Below, piece after piece: positions 45,468 through 53,014 of a DNA stretch of 53,504 nucleotides. How positions within the stretch are numbered: position 1 is the first letter of the stretch; each line of letters begins with the position of its first letter. The DNA is from an uncultured Candidatus Saccharibacteria bacterium (GTDB lineage Bacteria; Patescibacteriota; Minisyncoccia; Minisyncoccales; PWPS01). The DNA is taken from positions 1 to 53,504 of the forward strand of contig CAYQSS010000001.1 of NCBI GenBank assembly GCA_964420305.1, written 5' to 3'. A program made the position numbers and the translations under genes. Below the pieces are notes generated by a model that ran no database searches, was not told the DNA's origin, and was given only the letters and a program-made list of their open reading frames with translations.

Positions 45468-46381
45468 TTTAGTTTTGAAGCGTTTTTGTATAAAAAATAA
45501 GGAATTTTTTTTACGGGAAAATCTTTTCCCTCCGGATAAACAAACTCTTTTCCCCCAAAGCTTTTTTTATATTCAGTAACTCCTGGAAATCGTTTTTCGT
45601 CAATCCCCCAAAAATCATAATATATACATCCCTCTTCTTTTGCACGTTCAATAGAACTAAAGCGTAGAAGTGCCGGTGCTTTTAGGTGACGCATTTCATA
45701 ATCAGAAGCAGAGTGCAAGAAGGTTACTGTTTTATTAAAGTAAAGCAAGATTATTGCGGCAACTGTTTTTTTATCATAAACAGCAGAAATAATTTTTGAT
45801 CCTTTAATCTGTAGTAGATTTTCAAAATAGTCTTTTTTATAGCTAAAAAATTTTTGTCTTTTTTTTGTCTTTAAAAGAAGATTGTAAAAATCATTAACAT
45901 TTCCATTTTTAATCAAAACTCCTTTCTTTTTTGCATATCTTACATTGTATCGAGTTTTGGAATGTAATTCTTCTAAAATCTTATCTGTCGGTTTATCAAT
46001 CCTAGAAATTATTGTCTTTTGAGGTTGAGTTCGTGAAAATTGAGGAATACCCTTATTAATTTTATAGATTGGCTCGATGCGTAAAAAAAGATAACCTTCT
46101 TTTTTTGTTTTGTTAATTAACTTTTCTATTAAGTTTTCTCTTGCTTTTTCTAAACTTGAAACAGGACCAAATGGTACATATAAATATTTTCCAAAAGGAG
46201 ACTTCTCTTCAAAAAATTGACATATGCCAATGATTTCACCATTTTCTCTAGCTTCAATTCTTTCAACCTTTTGATATTTTTCTTTAAAATCACCCCAGAG
46301 CGAGGATTGCAAAAAAATACATTTTTCGGAAATTAAAAAATCTTCCCACTCTTTTTTGTTCTTATTTTCACAGATCTCCAT
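45464..46381 (-). CDS. FemAB/FemX-family aminoacyl-tRNA-dependent peptidoglycan peptidyltransferase
   Basis: 305 aa. The N-terminal FLQSSLWGDFK and the GNAT-like duplication pattern are typical of COG2348. It overlaps murF. Confidence 0.7.
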   Translation of the reverse strand: MEICENKNKKEWEDFLISEKCIFLQSSLWGDFKEKYQKVERIEARENGEIIGICQFFEEKSPFGKYLYVPFGPVSSLEKARENLIEKLINKTKKEGYLFLRIEPIYKINKGIPQFSRTQPQKTIISRIDKPTDKILEELHSKTRYNVRYAKKKGVLIKNGNVNDFYNLLLKTKKRQKFFSYKKDYFENLLQIKGSKIISAVYDKKTVAAIILLYFNKTVTFLHSASDYEMRHLKAPALLRFSSIERAKEEGCIYYDFWGIDEKRFPGVTEYKKSFGGKEFVYPEGKDFPVKKIPYFLYKNASKLK

Positions 46382-46383
46382 TT

Positions 46384-46941
46384 TTATAACTCTAGATCAG
46401 CACTTATTTTTTGCATCGCAGATAATCCAATTTCAATAAACTCCTCGAGACTAAGATCTATCTCACTACAGGAACTGATAATATCACGCTCGGCACCTTT
46501 AGCAAATGATTTTTCTTTAAATCTTTTTAAAACAGACTCCGTCGATAAATCTTTTATATTTTTTGAGGGTAAAACTAAAGTACTGGCAACAATAAGGCCA
46601 GTCAAAGGATCGGCACAGTATATTGCTTTTTCAAGCAAAGTGTTTCTTTCTTTTTTAGTTTCTTTGTTATGTGCAAGAGTAGCGTTGATAATCTCTCTTG
46701 AAAAACCTTCTTTTTCTAAAATTTCTGCTCCTTTTTTTGCGTGAAGTTCCGGATTTTTTTGATAATCAACGATTTCCATATCAATGTCATGGACAAGTCC
46801 CGCCATACCCCAGAGATCTTCATCTGTGTTGAATTTTTTTGCAAGTTCACGCATCAAGGCCTCTACTGCGAGCATATGCTTGATGCTATTTTTATTATTT
46901 ACATATTTCTTTATTAAAGAAAGTGCTTCTTCCCGATTCAT
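46384..46941 (-). CDS. HD/HDIG-domain metal-dependent phosphohydrolase
   Basis: 185 aa with H...HD (HMLAVE...AGLVHDID) and a later H/D pair. Confidence 0.75.
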   Translation of the reverse strand: MNREEALSLIKKYVNNKNSIKHMLAVEALMRELAKKFNTDEDLWGMAGLVHDIDMEIVDYQKNPELHAKKGAEILEKEGFSREIINATLAHNKETKKERNTLLEKAIYCADPLTGLIVASTLVLPSKNIKDLSTESVLKRFKEKSFAKGAERDIISSCSEIDLSLEEFIEIGLSAMQKISADLEL

Positions 46942-46942
46942 A

Positions 46943-48406
46943 TTATTTTTTTGGTTTCATTAAGGGGAATATTTGACATTCGCGACCAGGTTTATCCATT
47001 AAGAAACTAAAGACGCGTTCTGACATCCCAAAACCACAAGTTGGAGGCATTCCGTGTTCAAGGGCTTCGATAAAATCGGCGTCATACATTTGTGCTTCTT
47101 CATCACCAGCATCTCTTAACTTTTGTTGTTCTTCAAAGCGCTCTTTCTGGTCTATTGGATCGTTAAGTTCACTATATCCGTTTCCAAGTTCAGAACCAGC
47201 GAAAATAACCTGGAATCTTCCAGTTACTTTTGGATTTTTTTCGTTCTTTTTAGCTAACGGAGAAACCTCTAAAGGAACATTAATTAAAAAACCGGGGCCG
47301 GCAATTTTTTTTCGACAGTACTTCCAAAGAGTATCGATTGCCCTTCCTTTATTAAATCCTTTTTTGTCATACTGGATACCAAGCTTATTAAGAGCTTTTA
47401 TCATCCCTTCTAAATTTAACTCAAAAATATCTACCTTTGTTTCGGATAAAATAATGTTTTGGTAGTCATATCTTTCCCATTTCTTAGAAAGATCAACATC
47501 GAATCCTCTAATTTTAAACTTCAATGTACCAAAAGTTTTCTCGATTACATATTTATACATTTCTTCTACTAAATCCATTCCTGTCTTGTAATCAGCATAT
47601 GCTAAATAGAATTCCATTTGAGTATAGTCTTGGAGATGTTCTGGACTCATTCCCTCATTACGGAACTGTCTTCCAATTTCAAAAGTTTTTTCGAAACCGG
47701 CGACCATAAGTTTCTTTTGCCAAAGCTCTCCCATTGAAATGCGTAAATAAACGTCGATATCTAGCGCAAAATGATGGGTTTCAAAAGGTCTTGCATCTGC
47801 TCCACCGGCGGTGGTTTCCAGAACGGGAGTTTCAACCTCTAGAAATCCCTTTTTCATCAAAAATTCTCTTACGGAATTCCAAAAAACAGACTTCTTGTGA
47901 AACATTTCTTTTATTTCGGGGTTAAAAAGGATATCTAGGTATCTTTTTCTCAAACGCTCTTCTTCGTCTTTTAATCCATGCCATTTTTCGGGAAGTGGTA
48001 AAATACTTTTCGAAAGCATCTTGTAATCATTAATCTTCAGTGTTTTTTCACCTTTTTTTGTTAAAAAAAGAACGCCTCTTGCTTCAATAAAATCACCAAC
48101 ATCAAAAACCTGAGAGAAAAACTTATATCCCTTCTCACCCACAGAGTCACTGGAAATAAAAGCTTGGATAACCCCAGAGCCATCTTTGATTGTAAAAAAA
48201 GTTAAACGTCCATGCTTTCTAAGCATCATGATTCTTCCTACTAGGTATAGTTCTTTTTCGCTGCTTAAAAGTTTATCAAAATTTAAAAGACACTCTTCTA
48301 CGGTATGTGTTCTATTCGTTTTTTCTGGATAAGGAGATAATCCTGAACTTTTTAATATTTCTATTTTCTTTATTCGATTTTGACGAATTTCTTCTTTTCT
48401 ATTCAT
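46943..48406 (-). CDS. lysS: Lysyl-tRNA synthetase, class II
   Basis: 487 aa with an OB-fold N-domain (GRIMMLRKHGRLTFFTIKDGSG.IQ) and class II motifs (FRNEG; GFGMSERV). Confidence 0.9.
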   Translation of the reverse strand: MNRKEEIRQNRIKKIEILKSSGLSPYPEKTNRTHTVEECLLNFDKLLSSEKELYLVGRIMMLRKHGRLTFFTIKDGSGVIQAFISSDSVGEKGYKFFSQVFDVGDFIEARGVLFLTKKGEKTLKINDYKMLSKSILPLPEKWHGLKDEEERLRKRYLDILFNPEIKEMFHKKSVFWNSVREFLMKKGFLEVETPVLETTAGGADARPFETHHFALDIDVYLRISMGELWQKKLMVAGFEKTFEIGRQFRNEGMSPEHLQDYTQMEFYLAYADYKTGMDLVEEMYKYVIEKTFGTLKFKIRGFDVDLSKKWERYDYQNIILSETKVDIFELNLEGMIKALNKLGIQYDKKGFNKGRAIDTLWKYCRKKIAGPGFLINVPLEVSPLAKKNEKNPKVTGRFQVIFAGSELGNGYSELNDPIDQKERFEEQQKLRDAGDEEAQMYDADFIEALEHGMPPTCGFGMSERVFSFLMDKPGRECQIFPLMKPKK

Positions 48407-48408
48407 TT

Positions 48409-48864
48409 TTAAAGTATTTTTAGAATTTTAAATTTTTTCTCTCCTGATGGAGTATTAACAACACAAATTTCTCCTTTCTTTTTTCCTAAAAAGGCTTTAC
48501 CCATTGGTGAATCACAAGAAATTTTGCCAGAGAATGGATCTCCATCTGTTCCTCCAACAATCTCAATAACGTTTTTTTTCTTATTAATCTCAACTTCAAG
48601 TCGTGATCCAATCTGTACTACATCACTTCCTTCTGAGGACTCAATAATAGTTGCTTCTTTTAATGTTTCACGTAATCTGGCAATCTTTGTTTCTAAAAGA
48701 TTTTGTTCATTTTTTGCGTCATCATAGGCAGAATTTTCACTTAAATCTCCAAAAGAAGCAGCAAATTTTAATTTTTCGGCAACTTCCTTTCTTTTTTCTT
48801 TTTCTAAATAAGACAGTTCTTCTTTTAACTTTTCAACTCCCTCTTTTGTAAAACATTTTTTCAT
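48409..48864 (-). CDS. greA: Transcription elongation factor GreA
   Basis: 151 aa with a coiled-coil containing GDLSENSAYDDAK and a C-terminal FKBP-like domain ending in the SPMGKAFLGKKKGE motif. Confidence 0.9.
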   Translation of the reverse strand: MKKCFTKEGVEKLKEELSYLEKEKRKEVAEKLKFAASFGDLSENSAYDDAKNEQNLLETKIARLRETLKEATIIESSEGSDVVQIGSRLEVEINKKKNVIEIVGGTDGDPFSGKISCDSPMGKAFLGKKKGEICVVNTPSGEKKFKILKIL

Positions 48865-50786
48865 TTTTTTGAACTATTTTTTGTTAAAAAATACTCTGTA
48901 AGTATATCACGTGCAAGATGAGTTGCAACTGGAGTTACTCCTTTTACTTCTTCAATAATCACGGTCATTACGATTTCTGGATTATCATAAGGAGCGAAAA
49001 CAGAAACCCAGTTATGATTAATTCCCGGTTTCGATGTTTGTGCTGTTCCAGTTTTTGCTCCCGATGAAACGGGAAGAGTTTGCAGTGATCTTGCCGTACC
49101 AATTACTGTTGTTTGTTTCATTCCTTCTTTAACTACTTGAAGGTTTTCTGAAGAGATAAAATCCTCTCTTACAATTTTTGGTAATCTTTTTTCAGTAATT
49201 TCTCCGTTGTCGTCGATGATTTCTTTAACTAAATAAGGAACAAAAACTTTCCCGCCATTTATGAGAGCAGAGAAAGAAACGGCAAATTGCAGTGGTGTTG
49301 TTGAAAGAAATCCTTGTCCGATCGATAGATTATATGTATCACCAATTCTCCAGAAATCATTCAAAGATTCTTTTTTCCATTCTGGGAACGGTATAAATCC
49401 TTCTTTTTCTCCAGGGATGTCTATCCCAGTTTTTTCTCCCCATCCAAAAAGTGAAAGATATTTTCGTATTCTTTCTGATCCAAGTCCTTTTTGATCTTCG
49501 TATCCTCCGCCGATTGCATAAAAATAAACATTACTTGAAACTGCGATTGCCTCGCGCATATCTCTCCATCCGTGAGCTTGAAAATCACGAAAAATCGTTG
49601 GCTCTGAAGGATTCCAAGGATTTGGTATAGAGATATATCCTGGACTGTGTATCTTCTTTTCTGGTGTTATAATCCCCTCTTCTAAGGCCGCCGCAGCAAG
49701 GAGTGGTTTTATAACTGATCCGGTCGGATATCCAGAAGATATTACACGGTTAATAAAAACTCCGTCTTCGTTTCCAAAAAGATCTGCAAAAACTTCTTGA
49801 CTTGTGTTCTTTTGAAATAAATTATTATCATAGCTAGGAATACTAACCATTGCCAAAATTTCACCGGTGTTTGGATTAAGAGCAATAACGGCTGCTTTTT
49901 TTGAACCGATTTCTAAAAGTTTTTCTTTTGCTTTTTCCTCGATGATTTCTTGTAAATTTTTGTCTATTGTTAAAACAATATTTTCTCCTTCACCAGAAGA
50001 AGATATAATTTCCTCCGATTTTATATTACCAAAAACATCTCTTTCTATCTGAGTTTTTTCTCCAACACGAGTTAAATAGCTTTCATAATATCTTTCAATG
50101 CCAGTTTTACCAACATAATCGTGAATAGTATATTTACCAGGGTTTTGCTGAAGTAGCTCTTTGTCAATCTTCCCGGTATAACCAATAATATGTGAAAATA
50201 CTTCTCCCTCTTTATAATCTCTGGCGTTTGTACTGTTAATATAGAACCCGATCAGTTTATCAATCTTTGTTTCAACTTGTACAAGCTCTTCATGAGTTAG
50301 ATTTTTTTTAATTATGACAACGGAGGAAGAATCTTCTTTAATTTCAGAGAGAATTTTGTCAACATCTTTTTTAATAATTTCAGAAATAACTTCAAAATCT
50401 TCTTCCTTTGCCAAGGAAAGCTTTCTTTTGTTAAAATAGAGATTGTATTGTGGTGCGTTATAAACTAACTGATTATAATTCCGGTCATAAATAATTCCGC
50501 GTGAAGTTTGCACAGTTGAAATAGAAAGAATATTCCTTTTTGCAAGATCAGAGTAATACTCGCCTTCGACAAACTGCATTTGAAAGCTTTTACTGAAAAG
50601 CAAAAAAAACAAGGTAAAAACAATAAAAGAAAAAATTCTAAGAGTAGTAAGTGGTAAAGAAATTTCCAATCTTTTTTTAGAAGTTCCAAATTCATCTTCT
50701 TTTTTCTGAGCTAGATTATCTAAAAAAATCTCGTGTGGCTCAATATCCCTTCTGTTTTTGTTATTCAAATAGAAAGACTTTGACAT
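48861..50786 (-). CDS. mrdA: Penicillin-binding protein 2 (class B transpeptidase, elongasome-type by context)
   Basis: 641 aa with an N-terminal TM anchor, SxxK (GSVIKP), SxN (SSN) and KTG (KTGTA). It lies directly after mreC-mreD. Confidence 0.85.
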   Translation of the reverse strand: MSKSFYLNNKNRRDIEPHEIFLDNLAQKKEDEFGTSKKRLEISLPLTTLRIFSFIVFTLFFLLFSKSFQMQFVEGEYYSDLAKRNILSISTVQTSRGIIYDRNYNQLVYNAPQYNLYFNKRKLSLAKEEDFEVISEIIKKDVDKILSEIKEDSSSVVIIKKNLTHEELVQVETKIDKLIGFYINSTNARDYKEGEVFSHIIGYTGKIDKELLQQNPGKYTIHDYVGKTGIERYYESYLTRVGEKTQIERDVFGNIKSEEIISSSGEGENIVLTIDKNLQEIIEEKAKEKLLEIGSKKAAVIALNPNTGEILAMVSIPSYDNNLFQKNTSQEVFADLFGNEDGVFINRVISSGYPTGSVIKPLLAAAALEEGIITPEKKIHSPGYISIPNPWNPSEPTIFRDFQAHGWRDMREAIAVSSNVYFYAIGGGYEDQKGLGSERIRKYLSLFGWGEKTGIDIPGEKEGFIPFPEWKKESLNDFWRIGDTYNLSIGQGFLSTTPLQFAVSFSALINGGKVFVPYLVKEIIDDNGEITEKRLPKIVREDFISSENLQVVKEGMKQTTVIGTARSLQTLPVSSGAKTGTAQTSKPGINHNWVSVFAPYDNPEIVMTVIIEEVKGVTPVATHLARDILTEYFLTKNSSKK

Positions 50787-51060
50787 ATTTTTTTAAGATA
50801 ACTTTTAATAGAAAAGAGAAAAGAAGAAAAACTACAATAAAAAATCCAAAAGGGAAAAGCGTATTATAAATATCAAAAAATATTCCAAAAAAAATAGCCA
50901 AAAAGTAACCAAAGGAACTTTCTTTTTTCTCACCAACATTAAAAAAGAAAAGAAAAAGGAAAAGTATTAAAAAAGAAAAAAATGTTAAAGCAGTGGAAAC
51001 TAAAAAACTAAGTATAAAAAAAAGAGTGAGTAAAATTAGAAAAAACTTAATTGTTTTCAT
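50761..51060 (-). CDS. mreD: Small polytopic membrane protein, MreD by position
   Basis: 99 aa, very hydrophobic (about 3 TM), located between mreC and PBP2. It is shorter than typical MreD, and the call is positional only. Confidence 0.4.
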   Translation of the reverse strand: MKTIKFFLILLTLFFILSFLVSTALTFFSFLILFLFLFFFNVGEKKESSFGYFLAIFFGIFFDIYNTLFPFGFFIVVFLLFSFLLKVILKKYVKVFLFE

Positions 51061-51842
51061 TAATCAACAATAAAAAGATAATTTAAACTACGATAGTTAA
51101 CTCCTTGCCATATTTTTGCGCTTTTAAAAGCTTCGATGTCAGTATCGGTTATTTCGTAAACTCTGCCGACATAAATTTCTTTTGTGATCGCTCTCTCACT
51201 TGGGATTGTAACTACATAATCACCGTAATTAAGTTCTTTGTCTTTTGGAAGTAGTTCCACAAAAACACCTCTTCCGTTTCCTCGGAGAACTCCTATCGGA
51301 AGATCTATGTTTTGAACTTTAATTTCAACAGCACTATCTAGATTTATAACCAATCTAACCTTAGAAACATTTTTATTAATTATTTCTTCGACAACTCCTA
51401 TTAGAACTCCATCCTCATTAATTACCGCCATCCCCTCTTTTAAAACATTTTTGTGTGTTATAAAAACCTCTCCAGAGAGAAGATCTTTACCAATAACCTT
51501 AGAGAAGACAAGGTTTGTATCTTCTGGTAAATCAAAATCAAGCGCTTTTTTAAGAACCTTATTTTCCTCTTTTACTGATAGAAGCAACGAAACTTCTGAT
51601 GATAGTTTTCTATTTTCTTTTTTTAAGACTTCAATATTTTCTTTAGCAATATTCATATTTGTAAGAATTTGCAGATTTAAAGAAAAGTCAGATTGCTTTT
51701 TTAAAAGAAGTTCTTGTATTGGAGAGAAGAAAAGCAAACACTTTTCTCTTATAATATTTGAGGATTTAAAAAAATAGATGGAAAATAGAAAAATAACTAA
51801 AAGAAGAACAATCCAAATAAAAAAATTTCTTTTTTTTCTCAT
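51060..51842 (-). CDS. mreC: Rod shape-determining protein MreC
   Basis: 260 aa with a TM anchor, a coiled-coil (LKKENRKLSSEV..L..EN..LKK) and C-terminal beta-barrel domains with a GLVGxV-like LIGVVEEI. Confidence 0.8.
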   Translation of the reverse strand: MRKKRNFFIWIVLLLVIFLFSIYFFKSSNIIREKCLLFFSPIQELLLKKQSDFSLNLQILTNMNIAKENIEVLKKENRKLSSEVSLLLSVKEENKVLKKALDFDLPEDTNLVFSKVIGKDLLSGEVFITHKNVLKEGMAVINEDGVLIGVVEEIINKNVSKVRLVINLDSAVEIKVQNIDLPIGVLRGNGRGVFVELLPKDKELNYGDYVVTIPSERAITKEIYVGRVYEITDTDIEAFKSAKIWQGVNYRSLNYLFIVD

Positions 51843-51848
51843 TATTTT

Positions 51849-51877
51849 GTTATATCAAACCTCTTCTTTTTTGTCTA
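51849..51877 (-). promoter_or_regulatory. Promoter of mreC (predicts a leaderless mRNA)
   Basis: Minus-strand reading is TAGACA-17 nt-(TGa)TATAAC-aaaata-ATG, with exactly 6 nt between the -10 hexamer and ATG 51842. Confidence 0.45.
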
Positions 51878-51898
51878 TATTACAATATAAACAAAAAA
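51867..51898 (-). repeat. AT-rich 14-bp inverted repeat between the 5S rRNA and mreC
   Basis: The + strand reads TTTTTTGTCTATAT-taca-ATATAAACAAAAAA, with one mismatch that becomes a G-U pair only in the minus-strand RNA. It overlaps the mreC -35. It may be a 5S 3' processing or termination hairpin. Confidence 0.35.
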
Positions 51899-51911
51899 TT
51901 GGAGACAAGTT

Positions 51912-52017
51912 ACGGGGGCTACCTACTTTCGCGGTAAACCACTATCATCGGCCTTAGGATATTTCACTTCTGTGTTCGGAATGGGAACAGGTGGAGCAAT
52001 CCTAGTATAGCCCCCAT
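51912..52017 (-). rRNA. rrf: 5S rRNA (about 106 nt)
   Basis: The reverse complement reads AUGGGGGCUAUAC...CCACCUGUUCCCAUUCCGAACACAGAAGUGAAAU...GUAGGUAGCCCCCGU. It has the conserved CCGAAC.CAGAAGU loop C/helix III region and helix I pairing (GGGGGCUA/UAGCCCCC). Confidence 0.9.
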
Positions 52018-52344
52018 AATCTATCTCCAATTTAAAATAATAATCATTAACTACTAGCCAAAACGCACGACCGATTAGTACTGCTTGGCTAAAAATGTTA
52101 CCACTCTTACACCTACAGCCTATCAACCTCGTAATCTTCGAGGGGTCTTATGAGTTCTAATCTTGGAGTAGGCTTCGCACTTAGATGCTTTCAGCGCTTA
52201 TCCTTTCCCAACTTAGCTACCCAGCAATGCTCTTGGCAGAACAACTGGTACACCAGAGGTTGGTTCGTCCCGGTCCTCTCGTACTAAGGACAACTCTCCT
52301 CAAAACTCGACGCCTATGGCAGATAGGGACCAACCTGTCTCACG

Positions 52345-52674
52345 CATGTTAATTCTATTGTTACCAATAGCACGGACTATACCATCACCCGATACCCGAA
52401 CTTAGAAAAATTCATATTCGTGGTTTTTAATATCGGGGGGCGGCGTTTTGTTCTCCTTTTTAGTGAAGAACCTCCTCTTTCGAGTCAGTCTCTACGGGGT
52501 TAATCTTGAAACAAGATAACTTCCCTCGGCATTGTCCTAACATATGACAGGTTGGTTTGCAAATACAAATTACAAACACGTTAGGATTTCACCGATATGA
52601 GCCGCCTTTTTGTAAACAAAAAAATGTTTACTTGCCCGTACAATCTCTCGTACGAGCCGCCTATAATTACTTTG
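52345..52674 (-). mobile_element. Group I intron (330 nt, no ORF) in 23S domain V, after the U equivalent to E. coli U2593
   Basis: The flanking exons join to give the conserved GACCGU|CGUGAGACAG. The 5' exon ends in U and the insert ends in G. A GUAA-capped hairpin lies at 52355-52370. Core blocks are shared with the second intron. Confidence 0.8.
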
Positions 52675-52767
52675 ACGGTCTGAACCCAGCTCACGTACCT
52701 CTTTAATTGGCGAACAGCCAAACCCTTGGGAGCTGCTTCACCCCCAGGATGAGATGAGCCGACATCG

Positions 52768-53014
52768 CTGTCATTTTCTTCTGTTACCAGAAGGATCGGA
52801 CTATATCTTCATCCTGTAAATTTTTACAGGAGATCGGCGTGTAGTCTCTACGGGGTCAATCCCATTAATATAACGGAACGACTTCCCACGGTATTGTCCA
52901 TGATTTAAATATATCACAAGATATACGACTAGTACATGGAGTTCACCGTTACAGCCAATTTTTTCTTGTAGGAAATTACTTTCCTAGGCACCCCGATGTC
53001 AATAAATGAAGTTA
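52768..53014 (-). mobile_element. Group I intron (247 nt, no ORF) in 23S domain V, after the U equivalent to E. coli U2500
   Basis: The exons join to give GGCACCU|CGAUGUCGGCUC. The intron 5' region carries GACAUCG-GGGUGCC, complementary to both the 3' exon (P10) and the 5' exon (P1, with a terminal U-G pair). The intron ends in G. It has GUAA-capped hairpins. Confidence 0.85.

Noticed and set aside
51923-52126. A 67-aa minus-strand ORF in the track
   Set aside because: It lies entirely within the 5S rRNA, the spacer and the 23S 3' end. The rRNA identity is unambiguous, so the ORF is spurious.
52345-53014. A homing endonuclease (LAGLIDADG, GIY-YIG or HNH) inside the 23S introns
   Set aside because: Neither insert (330 nt and 247 nt) contains an ORF of useful length in any frame. 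Both are endonuclease-free introns.
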